Positions 1-10,477 of a stretch of 64,000 nucleotides of DNA are shown piece after piece. Position 1 is the first letter of the stretch. Each line of letters begins with the position of its first letter. This stretch comes from Candidatus Limnocylindrales bacterium (GTDB taxonomy: Bacteria > Moduliflexota > Moduliflexia > Moduliflexales > JAUQPW01). Below the pieces are notes generated by a model. The model made no database searches. It saw only the letters and a program-made list of their open reading frames with translations, and had not been told where the DNA came from. The DNA is taken from positions 1-64,000 of the forward strand of contig DATMBG010000039.1 in assembly GCA_035559535.1 (NCBI GenBank), written 5' to 3'. A program made the translations under genes and the position numbers.

Positions 1-107
1 ACCCGTCTGCCGCTTTACTAGGGAGTTGCCTCCCGTTCTCGCTCGACTTGCATGTGTTAGGCACGCCGCAAGCGTTCGTTCTGAGCCAGGATCAAACTCT
101 CCGTAAT
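1..107 (-). rRNA. rrs: 16S rRNA, 5' end (partial; continues off the left edge of the window)
   Basis: Reverse complement of 81-100 is AGAGTTTGATCCTGGCTCAG (27F site), followed by AACGAACGCTTGCGGCGTGCCTAACACATGCAAGTCGAGCG. The exact 5' boundary is approximate. Confidence 0.97.
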
Positions 108-172
108 TACTTCTTAAAACTTTGAAACTCTCAGGTTGACTCCGGTTGATCCCTCCCATCAACCTGCTCCTA

Positions 173-184
173 TGTCAAAGAACA
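173..184 (-). promoter_or_regulatory. rrn leader boxA-like antitermination element
   Basis: Minus strand reads TGTTCTTTGACA (consensus TGCTCTTTAACA), between the promoter and the 16S 5' end. Confidence 0.7.
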
Positions 185-211
185 AATTTTATTTAAAATG
201 AGAACATTACC

Positions 212-241
212 AATGTATTATCTGTTTATAATTTTTGTCAA
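212..241 (-). promoter_or_regulatory. Putative sigma-70 promoter of the rRNA operon
   Basis: Minus strand TTGACA (241-236), 18-nt spacer, TACATT (217-212), in an AT-rich context. Confidence 0.6.
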
Positions 242-426
242 CAGTTTCTATCAACTTTATGGAATAAAAAACAAGAAAATTAAAACCCTACTTTTGATAG
301 CTACTATTGAACCATTTGGAGGGTTTTTTCCCAATGAGGAGAAGAATATAACCCTGCAAAAAAATGCTTAATTTCTCCTGTTTATCCTTTGATAAAAAGG
401 ATAAAAAATGGTAAAGTAAAAGAGAA

Positions 427-2034
427 ATGTTTCCTCCTTTAATTCAATGCATGTTACAACCGGAGTTTTATTTTCATCCGGTCGTTGAACCCATTCAACT
501 GATTCAAACGCATATCTCCTATGTGTTATTAACGGGGGAGTATGCCTATAAAATCAAGAAACCTGTTAATTTTGGCTTTCTAGATTTTTCAACTTTGGAG
601 CAACGCCGACATTTTTGTCAGGAGGAACTGAGGTTGAATCGACGATTGTCTCCTCAGCTTTATCTGGCGGTTTTGCCCATTGCCGCAGTTCCCCACCAAC
701 ATCCCGTTCCATTCCGTTTGCTCCCAACTCTGGAATCTTCCATGGCAGATATTGTAGAATATACGGTACAAATGCGCCAATTTTCCCAGGACGCTTTATT
801 TAGCCGTATGTTGGCGAAGGGAAAGCTGTCAGCCGACCATATGCGAGCTTTGGGAGAATGTGTAGCCTCCTTCCATCTTTCTGCACGTACCGATGAGGAA
901 GTTGGGCGATTTGGCTCTCCAGAGATGATTCGTGCCGTTGTGGAAGAGAACTATACGGCTCTGATTCCTTACCTGGATCGTATCCAGACTTCAAGTCAAT
1001 TTCAACAAACCCGGGCTTTTATGGATCGATTTCTCGGTGAGCATGTAGATTGGTTCCGTCAACGCCAGGAACAGGGGAAAATTCGAGAGTGCCATGGAGA
1101 CCTACATTTGAATAATGTTTGTCTCTATGAAGACCAGATCCAGATTTTTGATTGTATTGAGTTCAATGAGAAATTCCGTAACATCGATGGGATGTATGAA
1201 ATTGCCTTTATGGTGATGGATCTAGATTTTCAAGGTCGCAGGGATCTGGCCAATGTCTTTCTCAATACTTATTTAGAACATACCGGAGACTACTGGGGAG
1301 CCGTACTATTACCGTTCTATTGCAGTTTGCGGGCTTCTATTCGGGCTGAGGTTTCCTCATTTTTACTGGACGATCCGGACATTCCTCCTGAAGAAAAGGA
1401 GCAGGCTCAACGGCGTGCGGCAGCTTACTGTAAATTAGCCTGGTCCTACACCCAACCTCGACCGGGTTCCCTGGTTTTGATGTCCGGTCTCTCTGGTTCA
1501 GGTAAAACCACGGTAGCCCGTTGGTTAGCTCAGAAAACCGGAGCCATCCACCTTCGCTCCGATGCCATTCGTAAACACATAGCCGGAATTCCCCTTTATG
1601 AAAAGGGAACGGCTTCAGGAGAATATGAAACCGGCATATATACGCCGGAAATGACCCGCCAAACCTATGCCCGTATGTTGGAATTGGGTATTTTTCTGGC
1701 CCGACAGGGATTAACGGTTGTACTGGATGCGAAGTATGATCGTCAAGAATATAGATCTGCGGTCATCAGCCAGGCTAAAACTTACGGAATTCCCCTCAGG
1801 ATTTTTTATTGTACGGCTCCTTTGGGAGTACTTCGTCAGCGCCTTCAGGCTCGTACTCAAGACATTTCTGAAGCTAAAGCTTCCCTGCTGGCCTACCAAC
1901 AAAGGATGGCAGAACCCTTTACGGAGTTCGAACAGGCCTATGTGAGCATCCTGGATACCTCTCAAGACTGGGAGAAACAACTCCTGGAAATTATCCGGGA
2001 CTGGATCAACCCTGAAAGCTATTCTCCACGGTAG
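427..2034 (+). CDS. Bifunctional aminoglycoside-phosphotransferase-like kinase / AAA (gluconate-kinase-like) protein
   Basis: N-terminal QTHIS..AYKIKKPV.FGFLDFS and HGDLHL.N..FDCIEFN kinase-like motifs; C-terminal P-loop GLSGSGKT and RSD..RK. Confidence 0.85.
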   Translation: MFPPLIQCMLQPEFYFHPVVEPIQLIQTHISYVLLTGEYAYKIKKPVNFGFLDFSTLEQRRHFCQEELRLNRRLSPQLYLAVLPIAAVPHQHPVPFRLLPTLESSMADIVEYTVQMRQFSQDALFSRMLAKGKLSADHMRALGECVASFHLSARTDEEVGRFGSPEMIRAVVEENYTALIPYLDRIQTSSQFQQTRAFMDRFLGEHVDWFRQRQEQGKIRECHGDLHLNNVCLYEDQIQIFDCIEFNEKFRNIDGMYEIAFMVMDLDFQGRRDLANVFLNTYLEHTGDYWGAVLLPFYCSLRASIRAEVSSFLLDDPDIPPEEKEQAQRRAAAYCKLAWSYTQPRPGSLVLMSGLSGSGKTTVARWLAQKTGAIHLRSDAIRKHIAGIPLYEKGTASGEYETGIYTPEMTRQTYARMLELGIFLARQGLTVVLDAKYDRQEYRSAVISQAKTYGIPLRIFYCTAPLGVLRQRLQARTQDISEAKASLLAYQQRMAEPFTEFEQAYVSILDTSQDWEKQLLEIIRDWINPESYSPR

Positions 2035-2798
2035 ATGGGTTTCCTCTTTTCATTAAAAGCGGTTAATCCTTCTTGCCAATCCTTACTGGCATAGAGGCTA
2101 TATTGAATTTGTCTTTCCAGGATAAAACCCGTCTGTATATCGGCTTCACATCCTGTATTGATAGCCAGTTTAGCGCCTCGAATGGCCAGAGGGGCATTTC
2201 CTTTAATAACCTGAGCCAGTTCCAAAACTTCTTTCCTGAGTAAATCTTGCGGAACCACTTTATTAACCAACCCGATACGTTCTGCCTCGGCAGCACTTAT
2301 GCGTCGTCCTGTAAAGATAAGCTCCTTTGCTCGGGTCTTTCCGATAAGTCTGGGAAGCCGTTGGGTCCCTCCACCGGCTGGAATGATGCCCAGGGTGGTT
2401 TCAGGTAAACCCATCTGAGCCTGTTCGGAGGCGATCCGCAGATCGCAGGCCAGACAGACTTCTAAGCCTCCGGCGAGGGCATAACCGTTTATGGCAGCGA
2501 TAACCGGAATAGGCAGATTCTCTAACTCAAAGGCTATTCCAAATATCTTTCGGTTATGCTGTTTCACCTGATCCAGGGTCATGGTTTTTCGTTCTTGAAG
2601 ATCCGCACCGGCTGAGAATGCTTTGTCTCCGGCTCCGGTAATGATCAAGACCCGAGCCGTGGAATCGTTCTTGAGGGATTCCAGTACTTCTAAGACTTCT
2701 GTGCAGAGATTCATGCTCAGGGCATTCATTTTGGTCGGGCGATTAAAGGTAAGGAGAATGATTCCGTCTTGATTTGCGATGAGGATATCTTTCGGCAT
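2019..2798 (-). CDS. Enoyl-CoA hydratase/isomerase (crotonase family, methylglutaconyl-CoA hydratase-like)
   Basis: AFSAGADL, GGGLE-like AGGLE, LPE..LGIIPAGGGTQRLPRLIG. Start set at ATG 2798 because the longer ORF N-terminus is repeat-derived. Confidence 0.9.
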   Translation of the reverse strand: MPKDILIANQDGIILLTFNRPTKMNALSMNLCTEVLEVLESLKNDSTARVLIITGAGDKAFSAGADLQERKTMTLDQVKQHNRKIFGIAFELENLPIPVIAAINGYALAGGLEVCLACDLRIASEQAQMGLPETTLGIIPAGGGTQRLPRLIGKTRAKELIFTGRRISAAEAERIGLVNKVVPQDLLRKEVLELAQVIKGNAPLAIRGAKLAINTGCEADIQTGFILERQIQYSLYASKDWQEGLTAFNEKRKPIYRGE

Positions 2799-2904
2799 GG
2801 GGTATGGGCTAGAGTTGGTCCTGGGAAGGCAGTGGGAGGGGAGCCGGGATCCAATAATCTCGGGATCTTCCCATCCCACTTTCCTACTGTCAATCCCAGA
2901 CAAA

Positions 2905-5823
2905 TTAGAGAATTTTCCTTAAAAACTGCCCGGTGTAGGATTTTTCAACCTTGGCTACCTCTTCTGGGGTTCCCGTGGCTATTACATATCCCCCTTCATC
3001 TCCCCCTTCCGGGCCAAGGTCGATAATATAGTCGGCACTTTTGATCACTTCCAGGTTGTGTTCGATAATTACTATGGTATTGCCGGCATCGGCCAGGCGA
3101 TTGAGGACTCCCAGTAACTTCTTGATATCCTCAAAATGAAGACCCGTCGTAGGTTCGTCTAGAATATAAAGGGTACGGCCGGTATCCTGTCGGCTTAATT
3201 CCTTGGCAAGTTTGATACGCTGGGCTTCTCCCCCTGAGAGGGTGGTGGCCGGTTGCCCTAAGTGAATATAGTCCAATCCCACATCGTAGAGGGTCTGTAA
3301 TTTTTTTCGAATTCCCGGGATATTCTCCAGAAAATCCAGGGCTTCGGCAACGGTCATATCCAGCACGTCGGCAATGGTCTTTCCTTTGTATTTGATCTCC
3401 AAAGTCTCCCGATTGTATCGCTGACCTTTACAAACCTCACAGGTTACATAGACATCGGGAAGGAAATGCATTTCGATTTTGATAACCCCATCTCCCTGAC
3501 AGGCTTCGCATCGGCCTCCCTTGACGTTAAAACTAAACCGTCCCGGTTTATATCCCCGCATACGGGCCTCGGGAACTTGGGCGAAGAGTTCCCGAATCAG
3601 GCTGAAAGCTCCTGTGTAGGTCGCCGGATTCGATCGCGGCGTTCGGCCGATCGGACTCTGATCAATATCGATCACTTTGTTGATATACTCCCATCCTAAG
3701 ATTTTGTCGTGTTCTCCTCCTCGTTCCTTGGTCCGGTAAAACCGATGGGCCAATTCTTTATACAAAATCTCTGTGATGAGGGTACTTTTCCCGGACCCAG
3801 AAACCCCGGTGATGCACGTTATAACCCCCAACGGAATTTCCACCGTTATATTTTTAAGATTATGCTCTCGAGCTCCGACGATGGTCAACCATTGTCCCTG
3901 AGGGGGGGTCTGCAGTTCAGGGTCCAGGGTCGGTTGCCCTTCCCTTCCTGCCTTCCGTCTTTTGCCTTTTATCTTTCCCTCGGGCTCTTGTCCATTACCC
4001 GTTCTGACCGGGCGCCTGGTTTTAGGAATGGGAATGGATAACTCTCCCTTGAGGTAACGACCCGTCAGAGAATTGGGATTGGCCATGATGTCTGCCGGGG
4101 TTCCGCAGGCTACCACATAGCCCCCCTGTTTACCCGCTCCGGGTCCAAGATCTATGACATAGTCCGCAGCCAGGATGGTTTCTTCGTCGTGTTCTACCAC
4201 CAGGACCGTATTCCCTAATTCCTTTAAATCTTTTAAGGTTTCCAAAAGCTTTTGGTTATCTCGCTGGTGTAGTCCAATGCTCGGTTCGTCCAGGATATAG
4301 AGGACACCGACCAGGCCGGAGCCGATTTGAGTTGCCAGGCGAATGCGTTGACCCTCTCCCCCGGACAGGGTGGCCGACGGTCGATCCAGGGTCAGGTAGG
4401 CCAGGCCTACTTTCATAAGAAATCCCAATCGATTTCGAATTTCCTTCAGGATGGGCTCCGCAATTTTCATTTGCTGGGGCGTGAAGGATAATCTGGAAAG
4501 GGTATCCCATGCTTCTTTGATGGAAAGTCGGGTAAAGTCTGAAATAGCCATTCCGTTGATCTTGATGGAAAGGCTCTCTTTTTTTAGTCGGTTCCCTCCA
4601 CAGGTAGTACACAGGCGCGTACTCATGTAGACTTCGATGCTTTCCCGAGAATAATCCGATGAAGTTTCTTTGTAGCGCCGCATCATCTCCCCGATGATTC
4701 CTTCGTATTTCGCCCGGTAAGAATACTTACGATGATCGCTCTGGTAGGTAAACAGAATTTCTTCCTCTCCGGAGCCGTAGAGGATCACTTGCTGAACCTG
4801 CTCGGGAAGATCCTGAAAAGGGGTGTCCAGGCTGAAATGGTAATGATGGGCCAGGGCGTCTAGCATTTGATACAAATAGGTCGAGCTGCTTCCTTCCCAT
4901 GGGGCAATGGCTCCTTGCCGAAGGGATTTTGTTTTATCCGGTATCAGTAAATCCGGATCCAGTTCCATCTTGATCCCAAGACCATCGCAGTCCGGGCAGG
5001 CTCCATAGGGACTGTTAAAGGAAAACATACGGGGAGCCATCTCCGGATAACTGATTCCGCAGTCAATACAGGCCAGTTTTTCGCTAAAGAGCAGATCCTG
5101 ACCTCCCAAGACGTTAACCAAGACAATTCCATCGGCCAGCTTCAAGGCCGTTTCCAGGGAATCTGCGGTCCGTTGTGCGATTCCTTCTCGGATAACCAGG
5201 CGATCTACCACTACCTCGATGTCATGCTTCTTGTTTTTGTCCAGCTCTATCTTCTCTTCCAGTTCTCGAATGGTCCCGTCTACCCGAACCCGAATATATC
5301 CTTCCTTTCGAAGAGTTTCAAAAATTTGACGATATTCTCCTTTTCGACCTCGAACTATAGGAGCCAGGATTTGGACCTTGGTTCCGGAAGGTAATTCCAG
5401 AATGCGATCTACCATCTGTTGAACCGTCTGGGAAGTAATCTCTCGCCCACATTGCCAGCAGTGAGGGGTACCTACTCTGGAAAAAAGCAGACGGAGATAA
5501 TCGTAAATCTCTGTGGTGGTGGCAACGGTTGATCGAGGATTTTTGCTGACCGTCTTCTGCTCGATGGAGATGGCCGGGGATAATCCTTCGATGGATTCTA
5601 CTTCAGGTTTTTCCATCTGTTCCAGGAATTGCCTGGCATAGGAGGAAAGGGACTCTACATACCGTCGTTGCCCTTCGGCATAGAGGGTATCGAAGGCTAA
5701 AGAAGATTTCCCGGAGCCGCTTAGCCCTGTAATGACCACCAACTTGTCCCGAGGTATCGTGAGGTCAATGTTTTTGAGATTATGCTCCCTGGCTCCTCGG
5801 ATGATAATTTCCGTTGAAGACAT
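2905..5823 (-). CDS. uvrA: Excinuclease ABC subunit A
   Basis: GAREHNLKN, two Walker A motifs ([18 protein letters not shown]), LSGGE signatures and CxxC zinc modules. Confidence 0.98.
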   Translation of the reverse strand: MSSTEIIIRGAREHNLKNIDLTIPRDKLVVITGLSGSGKSSLAFDTLYAEGQRRYVESLSSYARQFLEQMEKPEVESIEGLSPAISIEQKTVSKNPRSTVATTTEIYDYLRLLFSRVGTPHCWQCGREITSQTVQQMVDRILELPSGTKVQILAPIVRGRKGEYRQIFETLRKEGYIRVRVDGTIRELEEKIELDKNKKHDIEVVVDRLVIREGIAQRTADSLETALKLADGIVLVNVLGGQDLLFSEKLACIDCGISYPEMAPRMFSFNSPYGACPDCDGLGIKMELDPDLLIPDKTKSLRQGAIAPWEGSSSTYLYQMLDALAHHYHFSLDTPFQDLPEQVQQVILYGSGEEEILFTYQSDHRKYSYRAKYEGIIGEMMRRYKETSSDYSRESIEVYMSTRLCTTCGGNRLKKESLSIKINGMAISDFTRLSIKEAWDTLSRLSFTPQQMKIAEPILKEIRNRLGFLMKVGLAYLTLDRPSATLSGGEGQRIRLATQIGSGLVGVLYILDEPSIGLHQRDNQKLLETLKDLKELGNTVLVVEHDEETILAADYVIDLGPGAGKQGGYVVACGTPADIMANPNSLTGRYLKGELSIPIPKTRRPVRTGNGQEPEGKIKGKRRKAGREGQPTLDPELQTPPQGQWLTIVGAREHNLKNITVEIPLGVITCITGVSGSGKSTLITEILYKELAHRFYRTKERGGEHDKILGWEYINKVIDIDQSPIGRTPRSNPATYTGAFSLIRELFAQVPEARMRGYKPGRFSFNVKGGRCEACQGDGVIKIEMHFLPDVYVTCEVCKGQRYNRETLEIKYKGKTIADVLDMTVAEALDFLENIPGIRKKLQTLYDVGLDYIHLGQPATTLSGGEAQRIKLAKELSRQDTGRTLYILDEPTTGLHFEDIKKLLGVLNRLADAGNTIVIIEHNLEVIKSADYIIDLGPEGGDEGGYVIATGTPEEVAKVEKSYTGQFLRKIL

Positions 5824-6041
5824 AACATGGATAACCTTCCAGGTTTAATGTGGCTAAAACAACAGGAACTGTATCCTTGCAAGCCCTTCCAAGGGCCTGC
5901 AAGGACGGCTTTTACAGATCAAAGGTAACTTTACAAAGCAGTCGTTGAAGGAGATGGGGTTGATCCCGCGACCCATGGATAGGTTATCAACCCATCCCAT
6001 CGGGCGGTGATCCCCGGATCTTGAACAACCCAGGGTATGGG

Positions 6042-6233
6042 TTAAGAAACCACCTTCTGAATCCGACCACTTCGTATACATCGTGTACAAACCCGAATAC
6101 GTTTGTGGGTTCCGTTTATCTTGACCCTTACCCGTTGCAGATTCGGATTCCATCTTCGCTTGGTCACATTATGGGCATGGCTGATGGTATGACCGTAGGC
6201 GGGGCCTTTTCCACAAATTTCACACACACGCAT
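6042..6233 (-). CDS. rpmB: 50S ribosomal protein L28 (zinc-binding C+ form)
   Basis: [34 protein letters not shown]. Confidence 0.96.
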   Translation of the reverse strand: MRVCEICGKGPAYGHTISHAHNVTKRRWNPNLQRVRVKINGTHKRIRVCTRCIRSGRIQKVVS

Positions 6234-6339
6234 AGTTTATTTTTCTCTGTTGCCGTTGCCCGTTGTTTGTAACCGGTATAGTTCTCACTAAACAACCCAA
6301 GTTTTTCCCAGAGGGCGGTAACAAACAACGGACCATAGA

Positions 6340-8283
6340 TTAGTATTTAATGGTTACCGAAAACTGTCCACTGTTGCCTTTGTACCAGGCGTCATTGATT
6401 CCTAAATATAAGGTTCCCTCAACATTCATTTTGGCTTTGAATTTACTGCCAACGAAAAAAGGAGTACCGGTAACGCCGACCCGGGCAATCAAACCGGCGT
6501 GGGGTTTTGTATAAAGGGGATCTTCCTTATCTCGGGTATCCGTCCAGGAAGCTCCATCGGGGCCGCAAGAGTTCCCTTTATCATCATAAATGATTTTACC
6601 CGTGGCTGCAATAGAGATTTCTTGTCCTTTCTTAACGGTAATGCCGGTACTGGTCCAGGCCTGGTTACTGCGAATGAAGAGTTTTTGTTCCTTGATCTCA
6701 GGGGGTTGTGGGGTAGGGGTCGTACTGGCGATTCCTCGATGGGAAAACAAATTTTCGATCTGAGGAAGATGGGTTCCGTTGTAAAGCGCGGTATCCGCCT
6801 GACGGATTCCTTCATAAGCATCTTCAAATTTAGGGGTTTTGGGCAGGTAGTGAAGACTCTCATAAACGAGTAAATCGGCAACCCGTGCTCCCAATAACTC
6901 CCGTAAGTCCCAACAACTTGCACCCCATATTTCTCCATTCTCATGGGCATTTTCATCCCCTTCTTTATAATCATCTGGATACTTTTTGTTACTGGTGAGA
7001 TCTCTGAAAGCTTTTAAGCCAAGCTTCTGGACGGCATACTCGCCGATGAGGGGATCATCGGTTATGGAGCAGGCAAAATAATCTGCATACCCTTCATGTA
7101 AAGCCGCTCCTTCAGCCCCTTCTATTTCGGGCCGAATATGTTCGATGAGGGAATGGGTATATTCATGATAAATAACCGCCGATTCTTTGGCCAGATCATT
7201 CATTTTTTTTCCATGCCCAAAGTAAATCTGATGGGTCTCAGGGCTAAAATAGGCATTATCATAATCGGGGTCCTTAGTCTCCGGGTCAGGTACATGAACG
7301 TTGGCTTGAATAGGATCGTCTGAGGCCTTAAAGCCTAAATTAGTAAAGTAAACATGGACTTTATCCACATGGAAGTAGGCCATAACTTCATCAAAATGGG
7401 GATTATCGGGTTCATAAATGAACTCCCCGTTTGTGGAGCGGGCTTCCTCACCCAGGGCATTCTCCACTTTGACAAAGGATCCTTGTAACTTCCCTGAATT
7501 GTCCAGACGATTCAGCTCAACAATCTGAACCTCACCGTGTTTGGGGCTGGAATTATAGATACTTCCTCGGGGTGCTTCAAACCGCATGGCATTATAACTG
7601 TCTATTACTTTCCCGTTCTCGGCATTGACGAAATAGACCCAATCACCCAGCGGTTTACTGGCAGGAAAGGTTACCTTATAGGCTTTCACATATTGGTTCT
7701 GTACCGGATAGATAATCATTTCGGCCGAAGCACTTCCCTTGAGGGTCGTATCCGGACCTAAATCCTGGATTGCTGCTTCAATGGCTTCTGCTTTGGTAAT
7801 GGGACCTGCTCCTCGAACCCGCCGGGGTAAGCTAACCTTGGAAAGGTATTCTCCGTTGACCATCTGGACCCGGTTAAGATGGTCTAAATGGACGGAGACT
7901 TCCCCACCATGGACGGGCAATCCTTCGTAGGTCTGCTGAAAGCGAATATGGGTAGCCCCTTTACTCTCCACGCAGTCCTTCATCTTTAATTCACCCGGCT
8001 CATCGGCAAGGCCCAAAAGTTCGCGATTTTGGGATAAGAACCTCTCTGCAGCTTCTGTAGGTGATCCCGCTAAGGACTCTGAAACCGGAGCCTTTAGTGA
8101 AGAAGGACCCCGTCGGGTTCTTTGGGCACTTTGAGCCTCCGTACCCCTTACCCAGCGGATCTTTAGCTTTCTGCCGGGAGATCCTTCGGTTCTTTTTGCC
8201 CGAACCCCGGTGCGTTTTTGTAGACCCGCGTCTTCCGATGTAGATAATTGCTTAATAGATCTTGGATTAGACGGCTTAAACAT
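6340..8283 (-). CDS. Thermolysin/fungalysin-like (M4/M36) zinc metalloprotease with FTP/PepSY propeptide and C-terminal LecA/PA-IL-like beta-sandwich
   Basis: HIRFQQTYEGLPV (FTP), YFVNAENGKVI (PepSY), DNAYF, HEYTH zinc motif, HEGYADYF, H.NGEIW; C-terminal WTSTGITV..GPDG..PFFVG..LYLGIND..NSG. Start at ATG 8283 after a GGAGG. Confidence 0.85.
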   Translation of the reverse strand: MFKPSNPRSIKQLSTSEDAGLQKRTGVRAKRTEGSPGRKLKIRWVRGTEAQSAQRTRRGPSSLKAPVSESLAGSPTEAAERFLSQNRELLGLADEPGELKMKDCVESKGATHIRFQQTYEGLPVHGGEVSVHLDHLNRVQMVNGEYLSKVSLPRRVRGAGPITKAEAIEAAIQDLGPDTTLKGSASAEMIIYPVQNQYVKAYKVTFPASKPLGDWVYFVNAENGKVIDSYNAMRFEAPRGSIYNSSPKHGEVQIVELNRLDNSGKLQGSFVKVENALGEEARSTNGEFIYEPDNPHFDEVMAYFHVDKVHVYFTNLGFKASDDPIQANVHVPDPETKDPDYDNAYFSPETHQIYFGHGKKMNDLAKESAVIYHEYTHSLIEHIRPEIEGAEGAALHEGYADYFACSITDDPLIGEYAVQKLGLKAFRDLTSNKKYPDDYKEGDENAHENGEIWGASCWDLRELLGARVADLLVYESLHYLPKTPKFEDAYEGIRQADTALYNGTHLPQIENLFSHRGIASTTPTPQPPEIKEQKLFIRSNQAWTSTGITVKKGQEISIAATGKIIYDDKGNSCGPDGASWTDTRDKEDPLYTKPHAGLIARVGVTGTPFFVGSKFKAKMNVEGTLYLGINDAWYKGNSGQFSVTIKY

Positions 8284-8696
8284 ATCTCCCTCCACCCCGG
8301 AAAATGAGCCTGGAAAACCAGTTTATAAAGTCCTAAGATAGACTCCGGAAACTCTAAAGTCAAGAGTTTGAACCTCCCTTGTCCAGACTCAGGGGAGTTT
8401 CCGATCTTTGGTTCCAGACTCGTTTTGATGACTTCCTTTTGATGGATCTGATCCTTGAAATCATCCTGTTCTATAACTCTTACCCCACAATTAATATTAG
8501 TTTTTTATAATTTTCAATATAATTAATAAACGTTAATAAATTTTTCTAGAGAATTTAAAAATATCTCCCTAAAGGAAAGCAGTCATATCGGGCATTTCAT
8601 CTTAATCCATAAGGGGGTAGGGAATTCCAGGAGAGGGATAAGTTTCTCGGGGTGGAGGCCCCCCAGCTTCTGGAGGAGATCAGCCTGAAAATAGGG

Positions 8697-10472
8697 TTAT
8701 TCTACCCGGAAAGTTGTCGTGATAATCAGCCGTCGTTGTTCTTGTAAAAATTGGGTGAATTCTTCTGTAGATAAGGGTTTACTAAAAAAGTAGCCCTGGA
8801 TCCCATCGCATCCCTGCGAGTGCAAAAAATCTACCTGTTCTTTTGTTTCGACTCCTTCGGCAATAACCTGAAGGCCGAGGCTGTGGGCCATCCGAATAAT
8901 GGCCATGGCAATGGCGGCATCGTTGGAATTGGTGGTTATATTCCGTACAAAAGATTGATCGATTTTGAGGGCATTCACCGGCAGGCTTTTCAAATAGGTC
9001 AGGGAGGAATACCCCGTGCCGAAATCGTCAATGGCAATTCCTATTCCTAAGGCTTTTAATTCATTCAGGATAGTAGAGTTAGCCTCAAGAGTTTTTACCA
9101 CAACACTTTCGGTAAGTTCCAGTTCTAAATAGTGGGGTTCAAGTCCAATTTTCTCTAGTTCTTCATGGATCATTTGAACCAGATTTTGTTGTTGCAGGGT
9201 TCGCCCTGAGAAATTCACGGCTACACAGAGAGGTATAAAACCCATCTTTTGCCAGGCCTTGTTTTGGGTGCAAGCCTTTTGCAGTACCCATTCTCCAATG
9301 GGAACAATCAGTCCCGTTTCTTCGGCCAGGGGGATAAACTTATCTGCAGGAATTACTCCTAACTCCGGATGTTGCCAGCGTATCAAGGCTTCCATTCCAC
9401 CGATCTGACCGGTTTTGAGATCTACCCAGGGTTGGTAGTAAAGGACCAGTTCATTGTGTTTAAGGGCCTGGTACAGGTTATTTTCCAATGTTAAGTTATC
9501 GAAAATCCGGGTCTTAGTGGCTACATCATAGAATTGATAGGTATTACGTCCCTGTTCTTTGGCGTAATCCATAGCAGTTTCAGCACAGGTGACGAGGGTT
9601 TTTACCTCCTCGCTATGGATGGGATATAAACTAATTCCGATACTGGCTGTGATATGGAGCTGATAACCCTGCAGTGAAATGGGTTGTTTAATGGTTTGGA
9701 GAAGTTTTAAGGCGGCTGCAACGGCAACTTGCTTATGGGCAAGGTCCGGTAGAAGGATGGCAAATTCATCTCCTTGCAGGTGAAATACCAGATCACTTTC
9801 TTTCAAGGAGCTCTTCAGTCGCTCGGCGATCGTCTTGAGCAACAGATCGCCCGTATCGCGGCCTAGGGCATAGTTGATGTTTTTAAAGCGGTCCAGATTG
9901 ATTACCAAAACTCCGATCAACCGTCCACTACGATTTGTCTGGATGATTTGGGCCAATCGCTCGTACAGGAGGAGTTGATTGGGCAGTCCGGTTAGACTGT
10001 GGTAATAGGTAGCCTGGTTAAGCTGTTGTTTGGTCCAATCCATAAAATGACTGAGTTGTTGTTCGGCCAGTTTAATTTCACCAATATAATGTTTGGCCAC
10101 GGTGGTCTGCCTTTCCAGTCGGGTTTTAATCGCCGTGATCAGCTCCTCGGCGGTAAAGGGCTTGGTCAGATAATCATCTGCACCGATATTCATTCCCTGG
10201 CGTATATCTTCCCTGGACGCTTTGGCTGTTAAAAAAATGAACGGAATAAGGGCGGTCGTGGAATCTTTTCGTAATTCAGTGAGTACGCCATAGCCATCGA
10301 GTCCTGGCATCATCACATCGCAGATAATCAAGTCAGGGAGATACTTTCGGGCCAATTGGATCCCGGTCAAACCGTTTTCTGCCTCTAGGGTCTTAAAACC
10401 CTCAAAACCAAGGATGGTAATAATCTCCTCACGCACAGATTGCGTATCCTCAATGACAAGAATCCTTTTCAT
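8697..10472 (-). CDS. Response regulator with REC-GGDEF(degenerate)-EAL domains; probable c-di-GMP phosphodiesterase
   Basis: REC (IEDT..CDVMMP..TKPF), QGDEF, EAL..RWQHP, DDFGTGYSSL, AEGVE. Confidence 0.92.
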   Translation of the reverse strand: MKRILVIEDTQSVREEIITILGFEGFKTLEAENGLTGIQLARKYLPDLIICDVMMPGLDGYGVLTELRKDSTTALIPFIFLTAKASREDIRQGMNIGADDYLTKPFTAEELITAIKTRLERQTTVAKHYIGEIKLAEQQLSHFMDWTKQQLNQATYYHSLTGLPNQLLLYERLAQIIQTNRSGRLIGVLVINLDRFKNINYALGRDTGDLLLKTIAERLKSSLKESDLVFHLQGDEFAILLPDLAHKQVAVAAALKLLQTIKQPISLQGYQLHITASIGISLYPIHSEEVKTLVTCAETAMDYAKEQGRNTYQFYDVATKTRIFDNLTLENNLYQALKHNELVLYYQPWVDLKTGQIGGMEALIRWQHPELGVIPADKFIPLAEETGLIVPIGEWVLQKACTQNKAWQKMGFIPLCVAVNFSGRTLQQQNLVQMIHEELEKIGLEPHYLELELTESVVVKTLEANSTILNELKALGIGIAIDDFGTGYSSLTYLKSLPVNALKIDQSFVRNITTNSNDAAIAMAIIRMAHSLGLQVIAEGVETKEQVDFLHSQGCDGIQGYFFSKPLSTEEFTQFLQEQRRLIITTTFRVE

Positions 10473-10477
10473 GGCTA

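Noticed and set aside
2799-2903. N-terminal extension of the enoyl-CoA hydratase ORF
   Set aside because: It is encoded by an intergenic repeat hairpin; crotonase similarity begins at ATG 2798.
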